Source: a virus. Taken from it: 64,000 nt of DNA. How positions within the stretch are numbered: position 1 is the stretch's first letter; each line of letters begins with the position of its first letter. Where the stretch lies: the IMG/VR virus record IMGVR_UViG_3300024581_002111, positions 14,309-78,308 of that record; one strand, given 5' to 3'. The translations under genes were made by a program, and so were the position numbers. The notes below the pieces were generated by a model. The model saw only the letters and a program-made list of their open reading frames with translations, was not told the DNA's origin and did not search any database. Positions 34,742 to 42,892 of this stretch are shown piece after piece.

Positions 34742-35269
34742 ATGCATGTACAACAACTAGAATCAAAAATCAATCACAGCAAACTTATCGATGACTTCAA
34801 AGCATTGAATGAAAATGTTTTGTTTGATCCAATTACTGGTCAAATCAGTATAACCAGTATCGAAGGCGACAACGATTGGACCTGCAGTGTGGGAAAAATA
34901 CACATGCTGAAAAAGCCAGAGAAATTTTATTGTGTGCTGAACAAAATGTTAGCGGGCAGTGAATTTGAAAAAGTTGTTAAAGCGTACCCAGAATTTTATC
35001 GCTGGAGATTAATGCAGTTGGGTCCTCGACAAATTTACAGCATACACAGTGACAGTAATGGCAATGGCAAGAAAAACAAAAGACTGCACATACCATTGGT
35101 GTCTAATCCCAACTGCTATATGATGTTTATAGATGACGACATCACAAAGCCCACCATGTATCATTTAGACGTGGGTAAAGTTTACGAAGTAAACACAACC
35201 GGCAGACACACTGCATTTAATTGCGGAATACACAACAGAGTACATCTCGTAGGAGTTAGATATGAATAG
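34742..35269 (+). CDS. Asp/Asn beta-hydroxylase-like 2OG-Fe(II) dioxygenase
   Basis: RWRLMQL, IHSD, RLHIPL, HTAFN, RVHLVG. Alternative start at 34724. Confidence 0.75.
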   Translation: MHVQQLESKINHSKLIDDFKALNENVLFDPITGQISITSIEGDNDWTCSVGKIHMLKKPEKFYCVLNKMLAGSEFEKVVKAYPEFYRWRLMQLGPRQIYSIHSDSNGNGKKNKRLHIPLVSNPNCYMMFIDDDITKPTMYHLDVGKVYEVNTTGRHTAFNCGIHNRVHLVGVRYE

Positions 35270-35831
35270 GATTGGTATTACAGGGCACACACAAGGTATT
35301 GGTGAGGCACTGACTAAACTGTACACAGAAGCAGGGCACGAAGTTTTAGGTTTTTCTCGAACAAATCATTATGACATCATGACTGAGGAAGGCCGAGATA
35401 AAATAATTGCACACCATACAGACTGTGACATTTTTATCAACAACGCATTTGCTGACCAACATCAAATCACACTGTTCCATGCTTTTTACAATCACTGGCG
35501 TTACGATAATACAAAAACCATTGTTAACATTAACAGTCGTGCAAAATACGGACCTATTGCTGGCAGAGAGTACAGCATGGTGAAAAAAATGTTGCACAAG
35601 GAATGGGTAAAGATTTTAGAGGACCACGGTGATAGAAAATGTCGTATCATCAATATCAACCCAGGATATGTAGACACACAGATGGTGAGACATCCTCTTG
35701 CAAAGACATACGGATTTGAACACGACATAATGAAACCAGAAGTGTTAGCGGGCTTTGTGAAGTTTGCAACAGACCAGCCTCAACAAATAGAAATAGGCGA
35801 TTTTGGAGTATGGCATACTACTCTCGGTTAA
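35262..35831 (+). CDS. Short-chain dehydrogenase/reductase
   Basis: ITGHTQGIG, FINNA, VNINS, YSMVK (YxxxK), INPGYVDT. Confidence 0.85.
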   Translation: MNRIGITGHTQGIGEALTKLYTEAGHEVLGFSRTNHYDIMTEEGRDKIIAHHTDCDIFINNAFADQHQITLFHAFYNHWRYDNTKTIVNINSRAKYGPIAGREYSMVKKMLHKEWVKILEDHGDRKCRIININPGYVDTQMVRHPLAKTYGFEHDIMKPEVLAGFVKFATDQPQQIEIGDFGVWHTTLG

Positions 35832-35833
35832 AT

Positions 35834-35841
35834 GATAAATA
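35834..35841 (+). promoter_or_regulatory. Late promoter, 5 nt before ATG 35847
   Basis: GATAAATA-ctact-ATG. Confidence 0.7.
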
Positions 35842-35846
35842 CTACT

Positions 35847-37424
35847 ATGAAGAAGGTAGTACTATACCCAGGTAGATTCCAACCAATGCTTCCGCATCAT
35901 GCAGAAGTATACAAACACCTTGTAGCACAGTTTCCAGACGCTGACGTTTATGTAGCAACTTCTAACAAAGTTGAAATGCCCAAGTCGCCGTTTGATGCCA
36001 GAGAAAAGTCTGCAATCATGACGCAGTTACATGACATACCAGCAGACAAAATTCTCATTGTGCGTAGCCCATACAATGCTAGAGAATACGAATCTGTGTT
36101 TGACATGGATAACACCGTTGCTATTTTTGCTGTGGGTGGCAAGGACATGGAAGATGATCCTCGCTTCAGTTTCAAACCCAAAAAGGACGGAAGCCCAAGT
36201 TACCTTCAGAAGATAAATACAATTAGTGACGGCGAAATGCCAATGACCCAAAGAGGGTATGTGTACAGTGCGCCTACTGTGAGCAACGGAGATGAGGCGG
36301 CGAGTGCAAGTGCATTTAGAAACAGTATTTCTAGTGCACCTGATCTTGACAGTGCTAAAAAAGTTTTCACTGACACATTTGGCAAGTTCGACGAAAAAGT
36401 ATTTACGCTAGTATATGATAAAATAACGGGAACTAACATGAGCGAATCATTAGACATTTTAAGACAGTTAGCAGGAATTAGTGAGGCTCCTGTTGATTTC
36501 AAACCAGGCAAAGGCAAAATGGACTACGAGCCAAAGATCAGCCGCAAGGATCAAGCAGACGCTGACTCAAGACCAGAGAAAGCGGCATCAAGCAATCCAG
36601 ATACTGCAACGTTCACAGACATAGCACCAGATGCTATGATCAGTGTTGACACCGGCAAACCCATCAACAGCAAAGGTCGTTTCAACAGCATGGCTAACAT
36701 GGTGCCAGCAGACCAAGATCCAAATGATCCTCAAGTGAAAAAAGAACTGTTTATCAAGCTCATGGCCAAGTCACCATCGTTCCTGTTAGGTGAAATCAAT
36801 GCACGATTAGGCACAGACGATGAGAGTTTGGCAGCCAGTGATAGATTAAGTGCTATCATGAAGCGTGTGGAAGGCGGTAGCATCATGGACTTGCCCGAAG
36901 ACGATCGTCAATGGACAATGAAGTTAGTCAAAAATGCACTGTTAAACATGGAGTTGCACAGAGCAGACACAGGCGACCAAGAAGAGTTTGGTGAGCCTGA
37001 TCCAGAAGAAAATATGCCAGAAGAAAGTGTTGATTTCGACGATATCCGTGGCGAGTACGGTATTGAAGAAGAAGCAGACAATTATGTTGAGCAGTATGAT
37101 TGGGCATGCGAAAAATGTGGACACACTAACACATTTGGGATGACTCAACAAGAAGCAGACGAATATATCAAAAACTGGGAGAGTGAAAATCCAGAAGAAG
37201 TTAAAGATGGACAATCAGGTGAGTCTCAGTTAGACTGGAACATGAATGTTATCGGTCCCGATAGCATGATGCACCAAGACGAAAAATGTAGCAACTGCGG
37301 TGCACCTGTTGAAGATGCAAAGGAAGACGAAGCAGAAGAAACAGTTGAACAGGCTGTGGAAAGCACAACAGATAACGCACTGAATGCGGCATTAGCAGAA
37401 CTAAGAAGTTTAGCAGGATTATAA
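35847..37424 (+). CDS. Cytidylyltransferase-like domain fused to acidic internal-head modules and a Zn ribbon
   Basis: YPGRFQPMLPHH, SPFD..EK, VGGKD, SASAFR, then LRQLAGISEA, CEKC...CSNC, LRSLAGL. Confidence 0.7.
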   Translation: MKKVVLYPGRFQPMLPHHAEVYKHLVAQFPDADVYVATSNKVEMPKSPFDAREKSAIMTQLHDIPADKILIVRSPYNAREYESVFDMDNTVAIFAVGGKDMEDDPRFSFKPKKDGSPSYLQKINTISDGEMPMTQRGYVYSAPTVSNGDEAASASAFRNSISSAPDLDSAKKVFTDTFGKFDEKVFTLVYDKITGTNMSESLDILRQLAGISEAPVDFKPGKGKMDYEPKISRKDQADADSRPEKAASSNPDTATFTDIAPDAMISVDTGKPINSKGRFNSMANMVPADQDPNDPQVKKELFIKLMAKSPSFLLGEINARLGTDDESLAASDRLSAIMKRVEGGSIMDLPEDDRQWTMKLVKNALLNMELHRADTGDQEEFGEPDPEENMPEESVDFDDIRGEYGIEEEADNYVEQYDWACEKCGHTNTFGMTQQEADEYIKNWESENPEEVKDGQSGESQLDWNMNVIGPDSMMHQDEKCSNCGAPVEDAKEDEAEETVEQAVESTTDNALNAALAELRSLAGL

Positions 37425-37426
37425 TC

Positions 37427-37963
37427 ATGAATGACATGCGTAAATTAATGGAAACTGTTGCTCCTCTGTTTGAGGATTACGACCCTAAGCTGATTAAAAT
37501 GCTTGCTGACTTTGAAAGAAACTGTGAGGAATACAGATACTATGGCGACACTGATGTTGTTACCATAGACAAGTTACTCAAAGCAGGCAGAGCAGAAGAC
37601 GCCGCAGAAGAAATGGCGGGTGCAATGTCAGATCAAGATGGCGGCAGTGACAAGTTTGATCACATTTACGACATGGCCAAAGACGCTGTAGATGATTACA
37701 TGCATCAAGAACCTGCAATGGCAGAACAGTCAGTATCCGAAAGCAACGTAGAAGCTATAGAAGAATTAGAAAACATCCTAGATGAACTTGAGCGTTTAGG
37801 TGAGCAAGCAAGATATGCTGTACGCAGTATTTCACGTGAAGCAGAACAACAGTTAAGTGCATACGGTGCATTTGATTTTGGTAGCAGTTCTAACCAATAT
37901 GATGTGACCTTAGCAAGTTTCTTAGACGATGCACAAAGTGGAAGTTACGATGAACGAGATTGA
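37427..37963 (+). CDS. Acidic internal-head-type protein
   Basis: MNDMRKLMET...LFED, very D/E-rich. Confidence 0.6.
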   Translation: MNDMRKLMETVAPLFEDYDPKLIKMLADFERNCEEYRYYGDTDVVTIDKLLKAGRAEDAAEEMAGAMSDQDGGSDKFDHIYDMAKDAVDDYMHQEPAMAEQSVSESNVEAIEELENILDELERLGEQARYAVRSISREAEQQLSAYGAFDFGSSSNQYDVTLASFLDDAQSGSYDERD

Positions 37964-38297
37964 TAGATTACAACAGTTAGCAGGCATAGTAACACAAATT
38001 TCAGAGGATGAAGGTTCTGTTGAAAAAGTAGCAGTGGGCCACGTTGACGACGAGCGAGATATGTTACGCAAAGAAATCTATCAAATGGGCACATACTGTG
38101 TTGAGCTGTTCAAAATGGTCAGTGACTTACCAGAAGGTGCTGACTTCCCACATTGGTGGCAATCAAAATTAGTGAAAGCAAGCGAGTACATTGGTGCCGC
38201 AAAACATTACTTAGAAAACGAAATTGAAGTGCCTGATCAGGCTCCAGAAGTACCGCCAGAGATTGCTGACGACAACGACCCTAGCGGCGTTAGTTAA
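37950..38297 (+). CDS. Acidic internal-head-type protein
   Basis: Start MNEIDRLQQLAGI, then VGHVDDE...FPHWWQSKL...KHYLE. Confidence 0.6.
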   Translation: MNEIDRLQQLAGIVTQISEDEGSVEKVAVGHVDDERDMLRKEIYQMGTYCVELFKMVSDLPEGADFPHWWQSKLVKASEYIGAAKHYLENEIEVPDQAPEVPPEIADDNDPSGVS

Positions 38298-39144
38298 GCC
38301 ACTCCGTATTTTCAACTAGATCATTTGCATACTCAGGCCAAAAGCGTCCTGCTCTTGGACCGCCGTTACATTTACCGTCCGATTCCCCGGGCACTTTGAT
38401 CCACAAGAATGCATCACATAGTTCATCGCCTGTGTTGGTTGTAGGTGGATTACCTAAGGCTCTACCGGGTGGGTTGCACCAATCATTACCGTAAGGTCCA
38501 ACGCCATTACGACTAGTGTCTATCACAAAATGCTTGTACTTGGTATACTCTGCAACACGTTTACTCCAGGCCATACTCTCTTGTGTGGTTCTAAAATTGC
38601 TTACATTAACACTGAACCCACGCACAAACTTGTTGCCCACTTTGTCTAGCAACTTGCCTGCTGTCTCTGGATCTAACCAATTACTGTGCCCAACATCGAT
38701 GTATATACGGGCCTTACAACGCTCTGTAAGCACCCACAGCGCATTTTTCATAAGACTAAGGCGTTGTTCTGCCTCTTCCTTATCAAGCAGTGTGCTGTGT
38801 GGTATAGCATCAGGTTCAAATATGATTATTAGTTCTCTGTCGCCTATTGCATAAGCAATGCTTTCTAACCAAATCAAATAATTATCTTTGCTTTTAGCAC
38901 CGCCCTTGCTGTAGTGTCCCATATCCCGATTGGGCATGTTGTACAGTACCAGCACAGGAAGTTTGTCACCACAACGTTGCAGTAACCTACCGAGGCTTTT
39001 GTGAACTGTGCTACAACTGCCTTTGCCGTTTCTCTCACCATACCAAAATGCCATTGGTTGCTCAAAAATTTTGCTCACCAACGGATATTTTAGTTTGTGA
39101 TCTTTGACCCGGTCAAAGTCATTAACCCAAAAGGGATAATCCAT
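38290..39144 (-). CDS. GH6 endoglucanase (cellulase family 6), catalytic domain only
   Basis: YNMPNRD, IFEPDAI, YIDVGHSNW, GFSVNVSNF, IDTSRNG, WCNPPGRALG, WIKVPGESDG.C, AGRFW. Confidence 0.92.
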   Translation of the reverse strand: MDYPFWVNDFDRVKDHKLKYPLVSKIFEQPMAFWYGERNGKGSCSTVHKSLGRLLQRCGDKLPVLVLYNMPNRDMGHYSKGGAKSKDNYLIWLESIAYAIGDRELIIIFEPDAIPHSTLLDKEEAEQRLSLMKNALWVLTERCKARIYIDVGHSNWLDPETAGKLLDKVGNKFVRGFSVNVSNFRTTQESMAWSKRVAEYTKYKHFVIDTSRNGVGPYGNDWCNPPGRALGNPPTTNTGDELCDAFLWIKVPGESDGKCNGGPRAGRFWPEYANDLVENTEWLN

Positions 39145-39145
39145 A

Positions 39146-39883
39146 TCAGTATACTGTGTGTATGTTATCTATTGTGAGAGGCATCTCATTTTCAGTTGGA
39201 TATGTGTATTGATTACGCAATTTTGGCATAGTTGGCTTGTCCCACAAACCCTGTTTGCATTTTTCAATAGTCATTGAGTCAATGCCTGCTAATGCCATTT
39301 CATCATAATCGCTGAGAATGTAACCCATACTGCGTGGTTGCATCATGCAGGGTTGTGGTACCATTGCCCAAACACCATCTTCAGCATCTTTGTTATAATG
39401 GCCGTTGTAGTATGTATCGTTAGTAGGTAGTAATTTGTAGACTGTGATTCCGCCGTCGGGAGTCAAAAATTGTGGCACAGGCAACAAAACATTTGTGTCA
39501 TTGTTGTAGTTGATTAATGCCATGTCGCCACCTTCTAATTGTAGTTGGCTTCGTTGCATGTGATCTAGATATTCACCGTTGCGACCTATTCCCATTTGTC
39601 TGTTTTCTAATCTACCAGTTTTATGGTCAACTGCTTCTCTGGTATCATCGGGTTGAAAGTATCCATAAATTTCTCCCCACTGTTCGCTGATCCATTCTTT
39701 TTCAAATATCTGCCAATGGTCAGGTGAGATATAAGTTTCTTCACCCTTGTAAACTTTTGTGTAGCCTTTGCTACCGCCTTCGTGAGCATAGTAGACACAT
39801 TTTCCGTCTGCTAGGCTACATTTTAATTCTTTGGTATTGCAGTCAAAATGCCAGCTCAATACTAAGTGTGGTTTGTCGCTCAT
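39146..39883 (-). CDS. Hypothetical protein
   Basis: Operonic between def and the GH6 gene. Confidence 0.6.
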   Translation of the reverse strand: MSDKPHLVLSWHFDCNTKELKCSLADGKCVYYAHEGGSKGYTKVYKGEETYISPDHWQIFEKEWISEQWGEIYGYFQPDDTREAVDHKTGRLENRQMGIGRNGEYLDHMQRSQLQLEGGDMALINYNNDTNVLLPVPQFLTPDGGITVYKLLPTNDTYYNGHYNKDAEDGVWAMVPQPCMMQPRSMGYILSDYDEMALAGIDSMTIEKCKQGLWDKPTMPKLRNQYTYPTENEMPLTIDNIHTVY

Positions 39884-40521
39884 TAATCTCTCCCAATATT
39901 CCTTAATTGTTTAATTCTCTTTTGTTGTTTTTCCATTGCTCTACGCAATTTAAAATCACTAGCATCATCGATAAACAGTTTGCCCTCAAGATGATCGTAT
40001 TCGTGCAAGAAGCAACGTGCATCCATACCATCCATCCAGGTCTCAACCACAGTGGTTCCGTCTGTTTTTATATATCTTACTTTGACTCTTTCGGGTCTAG
40101 TAATGTTCATGAACAGCAAAGGGAAACTTAAACAGCCTTCCTCTATCACTGCCTTGCCTTCTACTTCTAATATTTCAGGTTTGTAAATACCAATCTCGCC
40201 AAGGTGGCTGTGATTCATCACAAACATTCTATAACTGCTACCTACTTGAGGAGCGGCGAGACCGATACCAAAGCGGTTTTGCATGAGTTCGCACATTTCA
40301 CGTTCGCGTTGATACCAGTCTACATTGCCGCTGAATGGGTCCGTAGTAGCACGTTTCTTTAAGATTGGGTGCTTGGGTTCAACCAGTGCACAGTTCCACT
40401 CCTCGACTAGAGTAGTACCCAATGATACCGATTCAGAACTTGTATACTTAGCGTATGGATTATATGCTTTTGTTCTTGTAGGTTGTTCTACAATGTTTAT
40501 GTTTGTTGCTTCGTGTTCCAT
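39883..40521 (-). CDS. def: Peptide deformylase
   Basis: GIGLAAPQVG, EGCLSFP, HEYDHLEG. Confidence 0.95.
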   Translation of the reverse strand: MEHEATNINIVEQPTRTKAYNPYAKYTSSESVSLGTTLVEEWNCALVEPKHPILKKRATTDPFSGNVDWYQREREMCELMQNRFGIGLAAPQVGSSYRMFVMNHSHLGEIGIYKPEILEVEGKAVIEEGCLSFPLLFMNITRPERVKVRYIKTDGTTVVETWMDGMDARCFLHEYDHLEGKLFIDDASDFKLRRAMEKQQKRIKQLRNIGRD

Positions 40522-40526
40522 ACTAC

Positions 40527-40534
40527 TATTTATG
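40527..40534 (-). promoter_or_regulatory. Late promoter, 5 nt before ATG 40521
   Basis: CATAAATA-gtagt-ATG. Confidence 0.7.
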
Positions 40535-40826
40535 CAGTATGCTTACAGTTGCCTCTAAATTTGAAGCCGGGACAAGTGCATTTGCCGTCCTCAATGTAAT
40601 ACACTTTGCCATTACTGCCTTGCACAGTAACAACTCCAGCAGGAAGTTCTTCAGGACGCTCACCAATTTTAATAAACTTGCGGCGAGCTTTGCTGAAGCC
40701 TTTGAGAGGATTTTTAAACACAGTGTCGTTGTGTTGCACAAGATGCCCTGCGCCATTCACGTGATAAATGCCATTGGTTACAGGGTACTTGCCCCATTCT
40801 GTCACTTCTTGTAGTATATCAATCAT
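40530..40826 (-). CDS. SWIM zinc-finger protein
   Basis: CTCPGFKFRGNCKH. Start re-assigned to MIDILQE (ATGA overlap). Confidence 0.75.
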   Translation of the reverse strand: MIDILQEVTEWGKYPVTNGIYHVNGAGHLVQHNDTVFKNPLKGFSKARRKFIKIGERPEELPAGVVTVQGSNGKVYYIEDGKCTCPGFKFRGNCKHTA

Positions 40827-40981
40827 GCTATTAATAATCCTAACCAAATAAAGAAATGTCCAATCCAGGACATCAACACAATAAACAACAAAAAGAAAAG
40901 ACAAAATTTAAAAAACTGCTCAACTAATCCTGATTTGAACAGTATATAAATGATTGCAAGTACACCAATTAACTCTAACAT
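40823..40981 (-). CDS. Small hydrophobic membrane protein
   Basis: MLELIGVLAIIYILF..., almost entirely hydrophobic. Confidence 0.55.
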   Translation of the reverse strand: MLELIGVLAIIYILFKSGLVEQFFKFCLFFLLFIVLMSWIGHFFIWLGLLIA

Positions 40982-40985
40982 ACCA

Positions 40986-41525
40986 TCACCAGCTAATTGT
41001 AGGGCGTGTGTCGCCCTTGCCGTTCCAGTGAATACTGCACCCACATTCTTCGATGATAGGAATAATTGCTTTTAGATTAGCAACACCTTCTTTGCTACCA
41101 TCAAAACAGAATGTGCTGTCAGTTTGTTCTTCTGGTGTGTAGCACACAAAGCCTGCAACACTTTGATCCATGCCTTCTAGTTCTTCCAGCAAGTGACTGA
41201 TATTGTATTTTTCAAACAGCTCATTTACTGCATTAGTGTGACCGTCTTCTACGGCTTCGCGAGCATCTTCAAACTCTTCAAAAAAGTCATCAATGTCATC
41301 TTCGTTTTCACCGTTATCATCCATGTAATCAGCGACAACATCGTACAAATCAAACTCACAGTCCTGGCTATGGTTGAACAGCACTTTGGAAAAGTCAATG
41401 TCAGTACCGTCTTCGAACTCGTATGGTAACTCGCCCCATGCACAGCTCTGACAGCAGGGCAAGTTCCACCCTACATACCAACCTTCTTCACGCAACCGTT
41501 GTTGCAGTTTTCGAAAGCCATTCAT
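40986..41525 (-). CDS. Hypothetical protein with a CCQSC motif and an acidic insert
   Basis: NLPCCQSCAW. TAATG overlap with the HD gene. Confidence 0.6.
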   Translation of the reverse strand: MNGFRKLQQRLREEGWYVGWNLPCCQSCAWGELPYEFEDGTDIDFSKVLFNHSQDCEFDLYDVVADYMDDNGENEDDIDDFFEEFEDAREAVEDGHTNAVNELFEKYNISHLLEELEGMDQSVAGFVCYTPEEQTDSTFCFDGSKEGVANLKAIIPIIEECGCSIHWNGKGDTRPTISW

Positions 41526-42025
41526 TACCATAGTTCCTTCATCTGAGTTCTAGCACGATTCCATAGGATAGGATCAGCATCGATTAATAGGTTAAGTGAA
41601 AACCATTTCTCATGCTTGTACACTTCCCAAAATCTAGGATCATGTTTGTAGATGTCAGCAGTGTTATCAATGAGGTCAGCAACTTTAATAGTTTGTGCTT
41701 CTGCTGGACCACGTGCATAGTGAAAGGCATCTAACTCTTTACGCCTTTTTCTATTGCCATCTTCTGGCTTGCTGATGTCTGTGAGGTACTCTACATACAT
41801 ACCAACCACAGTGCCAAACTCATCGCAAATGTCCTGGATAGTCGTATCAGTATCTTCGACTACATCGTGCAACAGAGCCGCGGCTACCATCTCTTCGGTG
41901 TGTCCGGGCAAACCCTTTATCAATTCTGCAACTGCAATAGGGTGCTCAATATAGGGGACACCAGTGTACTTGCGTACCTGGTCCCCGTGAGCGTTGGTTG
42001 CAAATTGTAGTGCCCGTTGATACAT
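41525..42025 (-). CDS. HD-domain phosphohydrolase, Mesh1/small-alarmone-hydrolase-like
   Basis: AHGDQVRKYTGVPYIEHP, ALLHDVVEDT, IKVADLIDN. Confidence 0.85.
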   Translation of the reverse strand: MYQRALQFATNAHGDQVRKYTGVPYIEHPIAVAELIKGLPGHTEEMVAAALLHDVVEDTDTTIQDICDEFGTVVGMYVEYLTDISKPEDGNRKRRKELDAFHYARGPAEAQTIKVADLIDNTADIYKHDPRFWEVYKHEKWFSLNLLIDADPILWNRARTQMKELW

Positions 42026-42366
42026 TAATCTAACCTTGAACCTGCGTAAGCAGTAAAACCATACTTGGTGAGCACATCAGCAAATGCTCGTGCACCAGTT
42101 TCTTTGACGTCGATGCTTTGACCGCCGTACCAATTGTCCCACTGACTGAAAGTACGAGTGTAGTCTTGGCGTACACCCAACTGCTTGAGCAAACGACCTA
42201 ACTTGGTGTTGCCTGCAATTTTCTTGTCTTGGAACTTGTAAATGTTAACCCAAGCAAAGCCACACATTGGGCTTTCGCCGTGCTTAACAATATGTTGAGA
42301 ACTTGCATTCTTGGCCGCTTGTTGGGCTTCTAAAAGAATGTCTTCGAGTTGATCTACTGTAAACAT
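42025..42366 (-). CDS. Early hypothetical protein
   Basis: CGFAWVNI...QSIDVKE...FADVL, behind the promoter-leader cassette. Confidence 0.65.
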   Translation of the reverse strand: MFTVDQLEDILLEAQQAAKNASSQHIVKHGESPMCGFAWVNIYKFQDKKIAGNTKLGRLLKQLGVRQDYTRTFSQWDNWYGGQSIDVKETGARAFADVLTKYGFTAYAGSRLD

Positions 42367-42425
42367 TTTCTACTCCTGATTCCTAACTAACAATACAATT
42401 ATAGCACTGGGTGCTGATTTGTCAA
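42367..42425 (-). promoter_or_regulatory. Early promoter-leader cassette, copy A
   Basis: TTGACA-N16-TATAAT-tg-TATTGTTAGTTAGGAA-tca-GGAGTAGAAA. Confidence 0.85.
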
Positions 42426-42429
42426 CCTT

Positions 42430-42804
42430 TTAGGCTGACAGTTTGATGCCAGTGTTGTGAAGTTTCTTGAAACCCATTCCAGCAACTTCGTACATGTCGC
42501 CTTCAACGACCATCATGTCCATCACGCTGGTTGATCGTGCACCGTACACAGTACCGTCTTTGCCTACAGGGTATTCGCCGATGAATTCAACAGCAGAGTT
42601 GAAATCGGGATTCTCGTGGATCATACCATTGAACTCAAACGTCTCACCTTTACTCCATGAGCCGTTGATGTTGTTGGTGTATCTGAAAGCAAACTCCATC
42701 GCTTCGTCCACATTGTCTGTGGGAGCGTCTACGATTGCTACAGGGGTGTAATCCGCTGTCTCACGCGGATCAAGTGTTTCTCTGTGGTATACTTTTACTT
42801 GCAT
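42430..42804 (-). CDS. Early hypothetical protein
   Basis: RSTSVMDMMVV...YEVAGMGF, behind cassette copy B. Confidence 0.65.
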   Translation of the reverse strand: MQVKVYHRETLDPRETADYTPVAIVDAPTDNVDEAMEFAFRYTNNINGSWSKGETFEFNGMIHENPDFNSAVEFIGEYPVGKDGTVYGARSTSVMDMMVVEGDMYEVAGMGFKKLHNTGIKLSA

Positions 42805-42864
42805 ATTTCTACTCCGTTTTCCTAACTAACAATATTAGTATAGCAAAAGGGGCAGAAAAGTCAA
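42805..42864 (-). promoter_or_regulatory. Early promoter-leader cassette, copy B
   Basis: TTGACT-N16-TATACT-aa-TATTGTTAGTTAGGAA-aac-GGAGTAGAAA. Confidence 0.85.
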
Positions 42865-42892
42865 CCGTTTGGGGGTGCTGTAAGTGCTTGAT

